Assembly (NCBI GenBank): GCA_043228905.1
Contig: JBHGNT010000009.1
Coordinates: forward strand, 8,122,001-8,186,000
Length of the DNA: 64,000 bases
Direction of reading: 5' to 3'
Origin: Azolla caroliniana
Taxonomy: Eukaryota > Plantae > Polypodiophyta
Shown: positions 26,701 through 38,979 of the stretch, one piece after another
How positions within the stretch are numbered: the stretch's first letter is position 1
Layout of the letters: each line of letters opens with the position of its first letter
Translations under genes and position numbers: made by a program
Notes under the pieces: generated by a model
Told to the model about the DNA's origin: nothing
The model's database searches: none
Seen by the model: the letters and a program-made list of their open reading frames with translations, nothing else

Positions 26701-29700
26701 CACAAAATCCAATCCCCACTTTTGGAAGGGGTCTAGCCGTAATACGGGCTAGTGTGGCATCCTTGCACCCTCCGCGGGCTGTCCCATCCATTCACACAAA
26801 TCACACTTTCTACAATACGTGGATGCATCCTTCTGCATTGTTGGCCACCATAGGCCCGCCTGCCAAACTTTCCGGGCTGTAACGTCGCCCGCGTAATGGC
26901 CGCCTACCGTGCCGTAGTGTGCCCGTGCAGGTAGCGGCGCTGCTGGACGGGTTTCGCGTCGGTTGCTAAATTGATGTTATGCTAATAGAACTTGGGATCT
27001 AACCCCTTCATTTCCTCGTGAGCCCAAGCGAACACATCCTTATACTCCGTGAGTAGTGCGATCATCGTGTTTCTCTGGTCCGGCCTTAATTCCTTTGCGA
27101 TGGAGATGAAACGAGGCTCCGATTCCGTACCCATATTTACTTCTTCGAGGGCGGAAGCGGTGACTCGTCGTGAAATCTCCATTTCCCTTTCGAATGCCAC
27201 CCGTGGTCTACTGTGTTCCAATATGGACTCTGGGTTTGGTTCGTAAGGCTCGTCGTGGAGAATAGTGGTCGTGGCATATTTTGTCGCGGTTGCGATGACG
27301 TCTATTTCAAACAACGGAATAATCTGAGGGTGCTCGTCGAGGTATGCCTCTAATTCATCACCGTCCACCCCAGCCAGCATATTTATATCTTCTGCGTATA
27401 ATGGTGTTATACCCTTCGGTTGTGGCGTGCTTCCTTCCGTAGGTATGCGAACCTTGGTGCGTCCGTGTCGGAAACTAATACACTTGTGTTGCCAGCTCTG
27501 CTTGATATTTGTTGCCCGAAGCCATGGTTTGCCTAGAAGCACTAGGTACGCCTCTCGGGCGTCCAGGGCGAGGACGACCGTCGAGATGTCGAATTGGTGT
27601 CCGCCCACGATAATGCCTATTTTGCGAATTAACCCTAATGGTCATACTGAGCAGGTATCTGCCATTCGAAGCTAGAATGGGCAAGCCTCCCATTCTGAAA
27701 TGCCTACCTACTCGCAAGTTTTCGCGCTAATTAGATTGACGCCTGAGCCGCCATCGATTACGCATCCAGGAATTACCTATCCGTGTAATATTAATGTAAT
27801 AGTCGGGTTGTGTTGATCCACTACCGGTGGTTCACTGCTAACGTCTGTAAGGTTTGTAGCGATACTCACCCCGGGTATGCCTGTCACCCGTTCTTCCATG
27901 GTCTGGCAGAAGCGTGGGACTAGCTACAACAGTTTCTCCATGGTTAACGTTATCTCACAGACCGCTAACGCCTGCCAAATGGGGTCTTGGACTGGTCTTT
28001 CATCGTCTGCTCGCTCAATTGTGTTCGCGGTCTCCTTTCGCATACGTTTCGTATTTGTCACGTTTGCTTTTTCCACCAACGCTTGGGCTTGTCGGCGTAC
28101 CTCGTCTTGCGCAACCCAATTAGCCGTTTTTGTTTGCTGGCGTGTCGTGACTTGCTGCACTTCCGTCGTAATCGTATTGACAACGGACCCCTTTCCCTTG
28201 CGTGCTAGGCATTGCGTGGCATAATGTCCGGGTTGCTGACAAATAGAACAATGGATGCTTGATTCAACCTTCTCAGCTCCTAGTGGTGTGTGCCGCTCCC
28301 TTGGTGCTACTTGCTCCTCGCGGTTCGGCCTCGTTTGTCAGAACATACGCGGTGGCTATTCTTGGTCCCGTCGTTGTTCCTGATGCCGCTCATCCCCCGA
28401 GCTTTCGTCGTAATGCCGGTGATCTCGATATTGCCGTGGCTTACCACGATAACCATTGACGCCGCCCCGTTTGTTTGTCGGCCGTTGATTCTCGTAGCGC
28501 CGACCCCTTTTGGCGTAACTCGGATGTCCACGATAATCCTCGTCCTCTTGTTCGTCCTCCTTAGAATCGTTGTGATTTCGGCGATTCCGATGGTACCGGT
28601 CCTCCCGTGGGTTGCAATCCTTATACCGGGGTCGGTCTTCTTGCCTCCTTTGTTCAGTCTGGTGTGGTTGCTGCAGACTGTGGTAGTGGCTCTGTTTAAC
28701 ATATTGTATTTGCATTGGTCGACTGAGTGAGCCTTCGAGTGGCAGATTGGGCACTGGATTCGCATATTGAAGTCCACTATGGAATGCCCCGAGTTCAAGC
28801 AAATCGTGCACTGGATTGCTTGACAAAACTGGCGTTCCTCATCCTAAGGTAACGCTTGTCGTAAGGAGGACATAGAAAACCTTTCGTCCTCGTCATCCAA
28901 CTCGAGTTGTAACGCTCGTTCAATTACCATATCCGGCGTTTCCCCTTTCACGCTATTGTTGTTGAGCGTTGCCCAGATGGGTCGGCGTAAAGCTGCCAGA
29001 AATGTTTCCCGGGCCTCGTCCTCCGCGGGGCTCTATTCCAGTTTCCGTCGTAAATTTAGGAAACGTAAGCTGAAGTCTGCTATCGTCTCGGTCGACAATT
29101 GCTTAATCGTACAAAACTGTCCGAGGATTTCGCGTTGTGGCACCCTCCGATGGAAGAATCGCAAGAAAGCGGACTGCAGCTGATCGAAGGTTGTTATTGC
29201 TGGTAAATCCATCTATGAATGCCAAAACGCCGCTTGCCCATCTAATGTTAACCCGAACTCCGTCATTTTCGACTGGTGTGCTACCACCTCCGAAAGGCTC
29301 TGTGCCATGTGGTTCGCATTCCAGACATTCAGGAACATGCGAATATGCGTTGCGGCGTTGGATTCGCCGTTAAAGCGATGGTAGGCAAAGGCCATGGTGG
29401 GGGCTACGGCGGGTCGGGAAAGACCACCGGGTGGCTGTGGTGAGCGTAGTCCCCGCGTCTCGTCGAGGTATTTGGAGAGCGAAGAATCACCTTTGTACTC
29501 ACAGCAGGTAGTACTGAGGTTGCTGAGGCGCGGCTTTTGCCGTGCACGTTCTTCTACCTGGCGTGTGACGGACCTTGTTATTGGCCGGTCTTGTCGTGTT
29601 GGTTCTCTGGGGCGTCTGCGGCTAAACATCCATTCGTCGTTGTTCGTCTGTGAGAAGACATAGATCACCAAGCATGCCAAAAGTGTTGCCAATTAGGAAC

Positions 29701-30604
29701 ACGGTCCGCGGTCAGTCCTTCGACCTAGACCTCCAAGTGGGTGTGGAACAACGAATAGGCGTCTAAGCGTAATGCGTAGGGGAATGTTCCCTGTAACCTA
29801 TCAGCGTATAAGGAAGACGGCTACAACTGAATCCTTAGCAAAGGTTACACTTACGTTCTTACACGCTTAGGTCTTCAAGACACACATAGTGGATTAGCCG
29901 TAGCTATACACAGAGAATCAGAGAAGATAGAATTCTATTATGAGACGTTTCTTACGTTCCCAAAATTACACGCTCCCTCTATCAGAGGTTTTCTCCCCTT
30001 TATATACGCAAGGTCTATTTAGCCATTCACGCTTCCTGCGTGAACCATTACATGCGTTATGATCTTATATTATTTCTTATTCCTACGCTCTTGTCTGTCG
30101 GTTACTATTCCGGCGGACAACAGTTGTCTTGGCCATCATGGTTGTCTCTTGCAGCACGCTTTCTTGCACACACACGTCATTGCTAACCGCACATTTGCAC
30201 ATTGTCATTTCTATTCTCGCACACTCACGTAACACCATCATTTCACGACTTCCTCTCATGCATTGTCATCGTTTTTCTACATCTTTGGCAACATGTCTCG
30301 GACATTTAGGACAAAAACAGACCAAACAAAACATACACATATAGAGATGAATTCGTTGTAGAATTGTGCATCAGTCAATCTTCCATTTCCGACTTCTTCT
30401 GCACATCATTGCCATCATTTGTCGCTTTTCTTGCATACTTCTATAGCGAATAGTCATCACGCCATTGTTCTTTCTCATATTTCCACCAGTTCTCGCACAT
30501 CGTTGATTCGACTTCTCGCGTTGATGAGGGTTGCATCATTGTTCGCTGCGTATTATTCTTCGACTCCGTCTCCAAAGGGGGGTCGCCTTAGTGGTCGCCA
30601 AAAG
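20763..30604 (-). mobile_element. Non-coding LTR element H (LARD-like), interrupted by F2, with its 5' LTR lost
   Basis: An LTR-like block at about 20763-21290 is followed by an inverted PBS-like motif at 21292. The interior is low-complexity with no pol. A PBS TGGCGACCACT lies on the minus strand at about 30590-30600. Confidence 0.6.
23252..30122 (-). mobile_element. Ty3/gypsy element F2: both LTRs present, RT/RNase H deleted
   Basis: LTRs at 23252-23672 and 29684-30122 with TSD ATTGT/GTTGT. PBS TGGCATGCTTGGTG. It retains gag, protease, integrase and the coiled-coil ORF, with a junction near 26925 that skips RT-RH. Confidence 0.92.
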
Positions 30605-31640
30605 GTGCAAGCCCAAGAGCTTGCCGAATTAAGGGACGAACTTGCCACACAAGAAGCACTACGGAGCCGCGAACGAGAGTTGAAGAAAGCGACAGAAGAG
30701 GAGTTAAGGAAGATTGTTGAAAACTTCCACCGGGCAGAAGAAAATCTACGGAAAGGGGATCAAGCTTACGACCAGCTAAAGGAGGAAAAAGAAAAATTGC
30801 TGCAAGAGAAGGACAAGCTGCGACAAATGGCGGAAACGGAAATCGAAAGACTGAAAGAAGAACTCCGTCAACAAAAGGACCAGGAAGACCGCGCTCGCTG
30901 CCAAATCAACCAGAGGCTGAAGCAGAAGACAGAGGACTTCGACCACCTGCACCGGAACTTTAAGAGCTTGGACACGGAGCATAAGCAACAGCAGGAAAGG
31001 ATGGCTGAGCTCCGGCAGGAAGTTGATAGGGTCACGACGGCACTCGCCGACAAACGGGCTGAGAATACAAAGCTATTGGAGGAAGCGGCGAGGGATCGGA
31101 TGGAGCTCCACAAGCAGCACCATGAAGAAAAGGAGAGGGCGACAATGGTGTTACAGAGGTTGCAAACAACCTATCAAAGTCAATTGTCGAATTATAGGGA
31201 GTAGGAGGCGAACACGGTCAGAATCATCAAGCAATTGAAAGAGGAAAGACAAGCGGCGGAGAACAAATCACAGATGGGAATGGAACGGATCCAGTGCATC
31301 CTCCGGGCATGGCTAAACAAGACCAAACGCTTGATTGACGAGAGCTCCGTGCGATGGTGGACGAAATGGGCGCAGAATCCGGCTAAACTCCAATTGCTCA
31401 GGGCGGACGCGGAAAACCGGCGGAAGGAAGGTGACGACTGTTACATGCTCACATCGGAGGACTTCACCGCCATAAAGGATGAGCTGGCAGAAGATTTCAC
31501 AGCTCTGGAGGATGAGCAATTGGTGCAGGTCCGGCAACTCATAGCTTAACTGGACGACGATAGGATGGATGCTCAAATCCAGTTTGAGAGCTATGAGCGG
31601 TCCCGGCTTAGGGAAGAAAAAGCAAGGCAGGTGGCAACGG

Positions 31641-32471
31641 TGTCGTAGTGTAGGTTGCACACTATGTGGAAATTATATTTTTGTCCCTCCGGATAGAGAA
31701 TGGAGTGCTCGGTGAGAACCGGAAGAAAACGGCATACCGGCAAGGAGGAAAACGGCATACCGTCAAGGAAGAAACGGCATACCGGCAAGGAAGAGCCGGA
31801 TAAAGAGACATAAATGTAAAAAGAAAGGAAATACTCACTACTGCGCAGGGCGTGATTCGAACTCTGCACCTCCACGTTGACAAACCCCAACCTTACCATT
31901 ACATTAAATTATCTTAAGTGTTTTAAATATAGATTTAATATGTATAAGACCTTTATTTATGCATACCTTTATTAAAAGGTAAATCGTGTATTTCTTTAAT
32001 ATATGAAAAAGAAAAAACACGAGACACTAAAAATAACTCATGCACATCTAGCGTGCATGAGCCCTATACTTAGGAAATAAAAAAAAAAAAAAAAGCATCA
32101 CATGCACATTTAGTGTGCATGAACATATGAACACTTTTTATAAAAAAAAAAAAAAAAGCATGAAGCCATGCTTAGCTCTTCCTTCCTTATATAAGGAGGA
32201 GAGAAATATGTAAAGAGTTGTTGATTATTTGGATTAAGTATTAATTAATACAAAAATTATTCGTGGGATTCACGATTTATACGTCTACTTCTCTCTTAAC
32301 ACCCTAAGTACCAATTAATATAGTATACTCGTGTGATTCACGAGTTTCTTATCTTTCTCTTCGTTATTTATTCATAATTAATCTCTATCTCACGAACTTC
32401 TTTCTCCTAGTCCAAGACCTCTGTGGTTCCCACCCGACTCACGTAACGATCCGGAGCCGAAAGGCACGACA
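31641..32471. mobile_element. Solo LTR J2 (4-bp-TSD group), inverted relative to J1
   Basis: TGTCGTAG...GCACGACA termini with a perfect TSD ACGG. Confidence 0.9.
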
Positions 32472-33439
32472 ACGGTCAACCTCAGTGATGAGGAACCATC
32501 ACCGGTACAAGGACCAGACGGAGACCAGGCCGGGGTAAGTTAACCAGAGACAACTCCGACAGAGGAAACAACGAAGGAAACGTCGGTGCCAGAGCAACAG
32601 TCAGAGTCGCAGCCGGAGTCGCAGCAGCCACCGCAGGAGCCACAACAGCAACAACAGATTCCCGTCGAGCCATTGGAAACTCTGGAGCAAAGCATTCTAG
32701 ACATTTTAGACGAAGAGTAACAGGGCCAGATAGTGGATTCAACGTACAAGGTACTGTCCCACGGGCGTGCCATGTGTTACACGGCCGCCAAGAGGGCTAG
32801 AAGATGTCCAGACCAGAGTGTGAAAAGGGGAACTGTTATTTGGGAATCTGTTGTGATTACTAGTCTTAATATATTAATATATGAGAAGATGTGGACGGAC
32901 GGATTGGAATCGGTATGCCGATTCGGATCCGGACCGATCCCGAATAGGTGCCGGTTGGCACCATTTTGTACTTCGCACCGGTGACCTATATAAAGGCCCA
33001 GTTAAAATGTAGTCATTAACGGAGAGTAATATAAACCTTTTGTTTAATCATTAAGTATTGTTCACCATTCTGTGCTTATTGTATATCTTACGCGTGTTAA
33101 TGACGTATTATTGTTGAGCGGCAAGCTCAATCGGAGCCGGATTGGCTGAATAAGCCGGAGCCGATAAGCGAGACGGATCGGGCGAAACGGATCGGTATGA
33201 CGGTGAGCAACCGAACCGGCAAGCAGTGGAGGCCGGGTGCAATCCGTAACCGGAAGTCCAATCAGAAGCCTAGTATAGGATAGACTACTAGGTAGCTATA
33301 GTCTCGTAGTAAGTGTCAGATGATCGTGTGAGCATTGAAGTACATGGTAATTCTGTCAGTCCCAAGAGGACTTGTATAAATAGTGCTACTTAGCACAGTG
33401 TGTATATAGAGTTTTGATATAATTTTGAAATTGCGTTCT

Positions 33440-33441
<2 letters not shown>

Positions 33442-33492
<51 letters not shown>
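33442..33492. repeat. (CT)n microsatellite in the B2 5' LTR
   Basis: Pure CT run; the equivalent run in the 3' LTR (about 38944-38979) is shorter and interrupted. Confidence 0.95.
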
Positions 33493-33495
<3 letters not shown>

Positions 33496-33628
33496 GTTCT
33501 TTGTTTTACGCTTCCGCAAACACTTACGTTCACATGGTATCAGAGCGCGAGGGTTGAGAACCTCTGCTGCAGACATTTACTCTTGAGAAGAAAACCCTAA
33601 CAGGTCGAGAACAGACACAGTAGAAGAC

Positions 33629-36600
33629 ATGGATAGAGGCATGGCTACGTCGCTCCCGGTGGAGAAGCTCGACAGGAGCAACTACGCATCCTCGTCTTAC
33701 AAGATGCACCAGTACCTGCTTGGACACGGGTACTGGAGTTATGTCGAAGGAGCGAATGATGCGGCGCCAGACTCGGCACACAAGGACTTCTCGGTATGGG
33801 AACAAGCGGCAAGCAGGGTGATGTACTGCTTTGCGTCCAGTGTCGGCGATCAGCTGCTCAGCCACATCCGTGACGCCAAGACACCGAAGGATGCTTGGGG
33901 GAACCTGAAAAAGGTTTTCGCCACAAGCGCCACTACCCGGAAGCTGCAACTCAGACAGGAGTTGAGCAATGTTCGACAGAAGAACATGTCCGTGGCAAAC
34001 TACACGGGCCGGATAAAGGAGATCTGCGACTCGCTAGCCTCTATCAATGTTACCGTAGAGGAAGACGAGATGGTGCAGGTATGTCTCGGAGGCCTGGCGT
34101 CCAAGTTCGGAGCGTTCCGGACTACGGTGTGTACAAGGGAGAATACCCCCTCATTCTTCGACTTACAGTCGATGCTCCTTGTAGAGGAGAACCACGCCGG
34201 TGCATCTACTAGTGCATCCCTGGACAACCGAATGCTGTACACGGGAACGGATCGGTTCCGTGGGCGTGGTGGAAGAGGTGGGTCAGCACGCAATGGAGGC
34301 GGCCGGCAAGAGCAGGAACGGAGGCACTATGAACGTGCCGACAGCAGTTCCGAGACTTCCACAAGCAGGGGGAGTCAAGGCGGTGCCGGAGGCCGGCAAG
34401 ACAAATCCGCTACGGAATGCTGGTACTGTGGCAAAAAAGGCCACAGGGAAAGCGAGTGCTGGAGAAAGCGTGCCGATTCGGATAAATCCGGATCCGGCAA
34501 GACCGGTAAGGATGGCCGGCAAAACTCGCACTACGCAAACGGATCAGAAGGATCTGGAACCGGAACGACCAGTAAGGGGCCAGCCTTGGTGATGAATCAC
34601 AAGGCAAACTCAATGAAGAAGACCACTTCCAAAACGAAGGAAGTGTGGTATGTTGATTCCGGCGCGTCGAACCACATGACGAGCCACAAAGAGTGGTTCT
34701 CCTTTCTGGAGAAACCGGATCAACCAGGAGTAGTCGAAACCGGAGACGACACTCCTCACCCAATCGTGCACGTTGGAGAAGTCCCTCTAAGCCACGTCGG
34801 ACAGAAAGGGAAGCTGATGAACATATTACACGTTCCGACGATCACGAAGAACCTGGTGTCCGTGGATCAGATTGTCGACCAGGGGATCCAGGTGCGGTTT
34901 ACGCACCTGGATCCCCTGGTGCTTCATTGAGGATGAGGGTGAAGTCATTGCACAAGGGCGCAGAGACGGGAGGATGTTTATCCTCGACACCAATGACTTT
35001 GGCACCGCTCTGTTCGCGAAACAACAAAAGGTCAAGTCAGACATTGACCTGTGGCACAAGCGGATAGGCCACGTCAACTACCGGAGGCTTCAAGATCTGC
35101 AAACGAAACAAGTCGTTTTCGGTTTGCCGAAGTTCAGCGGCTTGAGAGCCGAAATTTGTGAAGCCTGCCAACTTGGGAAGCAACACCGGCTTCCATTCCC
35201 CACCGAACGGAACCGGAGCCGTAACAAGCTCGATCTCATCCATTCGGATGTGTGGGGACCGGCACAAAGTGTAAGCCTTGGCGGGAGTCGGTACTTCTTC
35301 TCCTTCATCGACGACTATACTCGACATACTTGGATGTACCTCATTGAGCGGAAGAGCGAAGTTTTCGACTGTTTCCGGAGCCTACAGAAGATGGTGGAAC
35401 GGGAATCGGGGAGGAAGATCAAATGCCTTCGGTCGAATGGCGGAAAGGAATATTTTTCCGGCCAATTCACTAGTTATCTGTAGCAGAAGGGAGTTCGGCG
35501 AGAGTTCAGCTGTAGATACACACCGGAGCAAAACGGTGTGGCCGAAAGGAAGAACCAGACAATCGTCGAAGCGGCAAGGACAATGCTGGAGGAGAAGAGC
35601 ATGCCCCGGTTCTACTGGGCGGAGGTGGTCCAGACGGCCGTCTACATACAAAACCGCATTGGTGACAAGGTGTCAGCTCATGAGCTGTATTTCGGGCGCA
35701 AGCCGAACTTAAGACACCTTCGGATATTCGGCAGAGTGTATGTGCATGTGCCGGATCAGAAGCGGAGAAAGCTGGATGCAAAATCGGAAAAATGCATCCT
35801 AGTCGGCTATGCTCAAGAGCAAAAGGGGTATAAGTGCTATAACCCCCGGACGAAGGAAGTCCGAGTTAGCCGGGATGTCGAGTTCGATGAATCGGCATCT
35901 TGGTACTCCGTACCGACTCCGACTTCCGATCCCGACCCAATGCTGGAAGATCAGGCCAGTGAGCCTGAATCAGCCCTGGCAGAGGATGATGAAGCCGGGA
36001 CTCAAGATGAGAGTCCGGAATCGTTACGGTTGAGTGGACCGAACGAGCGACTGAGTCGGTTGGACCAGTCGGATGAAGAGACGGCAAGTGGTGGAGACTC
36101 TGCCGTGCTCTCCCCGCGCAAGGCACCGAGGAAACGGTTCACGCACAAAGAGAAGGGGAAGAGGAAGATGCCGGAATTCGAAACCGGCAACGATGAGTCG
36201 GATCGGTGCGTATCCGACTCCGGAAAGGAGAAAGGCGGATCTTCGGCAACAAAGACCGAACTGGCCAAGAAGGGCCTCAAATCAGGTGACGGTGCGTTGC
36301 GCCGATCAACCCGCCAGAAGGATCCCGTCATGCGGTACGGGTACAATGAATACATGGTGCATCATTATGCGTACATGACTAAGGTGACAGAAGTGCGTGA
36401 GCCAGAGAGCTACGCAGAAGCGGCAAAGGATGCAAATTGGCGTGCCGCTATGGACGAAGAAATGCGGGCACTCGATGCCAACGAAACTTGGGACCTAGTT
36501 GATCCTCCCCGTCATTGTAAACCGATCGGATGCAAGTGGGTGTACAAGGTCAAGTACAACGCCGACGGTTCTGTTAACCGGTCCAAAGCCCGGTTAGTGG

Positions 36601-38276
36601 CGAAGGGATACGCGCAGACCCACGGAATCGACTACGGCGAGACCTTCGCTCCTGTGGCAAAGATGACGACGGTTCGTGTGGTACTGGCGGTTGCTGCGGC
36701 AAGGGGGTGGCATCTTCACCAGATGGATGTGAAGAACGCCTTCCTTCAAGGAGAGCTTGAAGAAGAAGTCTTTATGACTCAGCCCCCCGGATTTCAATCG
36801 GAGATGAACAAATCGGCGGTCTGCCGACTAAAGAAGTCGCTTTACGGCTTGAAGCAAGCCCCCCGAGCTTGGAACGCGAAGATCACGCACCGGTTGCGTA
36901 AGCTGGGGTTTGTTGTCTCTAAGTCGGACTCTTCGTTGTTCATCCGGCAAGGCTCTGACGGTCCGGTATGTATACTCTTGTATGTGGATGATTTAGTCAT
37001 CACCGGACCGGGTCTTCCCGAAATCAACCGCATCAAGTCCCAGTTGTCGGACGCATTCGAAATGAAGGACCTGGGGAACCTTCATTATTTTCTTGGGATC
37101 GAAGTGATTCGGACCCCCGACGGCATATTGCTCTCACAACGACATTACGTGTTGAATATGCTGTATAAGTTCGGCATGACGGATTGCCGACCTGTCTCCA
37201 CACCCCGGGACCGGAACCAGAAGCTCCGTCCCAACTCCGGACTGGCCTGCAATGAGAAACGGTTTCGAAAGGTTGTGGGAAGCCTGATCTACTTAACCAT
37301 CACCCGACCCGACATCAGCTATCCGGTCGGCATGGTAAGTCAGTTCATACATAAGCCGACCGTGGAGCATCTTCAGTGCGCGCAACGAATATTACGGTAT
37401 GTTAGCGGCACTAAGGACCGGGGACTGCTATACTGGCGAGGTATACCCGAAGAGCTTGTCGGTTACACAGATGCTGACTGGGCTGGTGATGCATCTGATC
37501 GCCACTCCACTTCCGGATACATGTTCTCCATAGGTAGCGCGGCCATTGCGTGGAGCAGCTTGAAGCAGCCCACAGTGGCTTTGTCAAGCACTGAGGCTGA
37601 GTACCGGGCCGCTACCGTTGCCACTTGTGAAGCCATCTAGCTTTGGCGACTGCTGCGAGACTTGCGGATCGAGGTACCGACCCCGATCCCGATTTACTGC
37701 GATAACATGAGCAACCTGCAGCTCGCCAGGAACCCTGTGTTCCATGCTCGCACAAAGCACATCGAGGTGCACTACCACTTCGTGCGTGAGCGGGTCCTGA
37801 GCGGTGAAGTTGACCTATGGTATGTTCATACGGATCGGCAAGTTCCCAACATCTTCACCAAGCCGCTCGGATCGGACAAGTTGCAGCACTTTACCGACAT
37901 GCTTGGTATTCAGCATCTCGACGTGCCGCACTTGAGGGGGAGAAGAGCGGGCAAAGTCTCTATCGAAATGGGCAAAGGCCAAAAAACTGTTGAACCCGTC
38001 GGTAAGAGGAGAGCCGGAAGAAGAGGAGACAAGAAGATGAAGGAAGCCGAGTCGACGAAGGAAGTTGACACATCCGAACAGGTCGGAGCAAGCGGCTGTG
38101 AAGAAGAGTTGTGCACTCAGGAAGAGAAGTGCATGCTATGCGGAGGTCATCACGACGGTACTGACCATGATACAGAGTCGAATGAAGAATTCAATTTCGG
38201 TTCATCGGCTGAAGAAGCCGAGGGAAGCATGGAGAAGGCCAAGACTCGGAAGTGGTCTGATTCGGACAAGAGCTAG
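33629..38276 (+). pseudogene. B2 gag-pol (gag with CCHC knuckle, protease, integrase, RT, RNase H)
   Basis: CWYCGKKGHRESEC, WYVDSGASNHM, HSDVWGP, QMDVKNAFLQG, LYVDDL, YTDADWAG and HARTKHIEVHYHFVRE. One frameshift near 34915 and stops at 35483 and 37640. Confidence 0.96.
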
Positions 38277-38943
38277 AACGAGTCGGAGACAGCTGACTCG
38301 GATCAACAGATGGATCCGGATGAGTCGGATCGACTGAAGGCCAAGGGGACACGGACACGATGCCATCGTGGGAGAACCGACGGATCGGCAAGCGCCGGAG
38401 TCACAGAAACGTGACTGCTGAGATGGGCCTATTGAGCAGACATGCCGACCGAGAGGGTCGAGGCGCGCAGAACCAAAGGGGTCGCGGCAAACGGGACCGG
38501 ACCGGACGAGGAGCGCGAGCAAGGCGGAGTGACGCCAGGAGAAGTCGGTTGGAAGAACCGACTGCCACAGAGGTCGACACTACGACCCCACCTCAGGTTG
38601 AGCTTGAGGGGGAGTGTTGAGCGGCAAGCTCAACCGGAGCCGGATCGGCTGAATAAGCCGGAGCCGGTAAGCGAGACGGATCGAGCGAAACAGATCGGTA
38701 TGACGGTGAGCAACCGAACCGGCAAGCAGTGGAGGCCGGGTGCAATCCGTAACCGGAAGTCCAATCGGAAGCCTAGTATAGGATAGACTACTAGGTAGCT
38801 ATAGTCTCGTAGTAAGTGTCAGATGATCGTGTGAGCATTGAAGTACATGGTACTTCTGTCAGTCTCAAGAGGACTTGTATAAATAGTGCTACTTAGCACA
38901 GTGTGTATATAGAGTTTTGATATAATTTTGAAATTGCGTTCTG

Positions 38944-38979
<36 letters not shown>

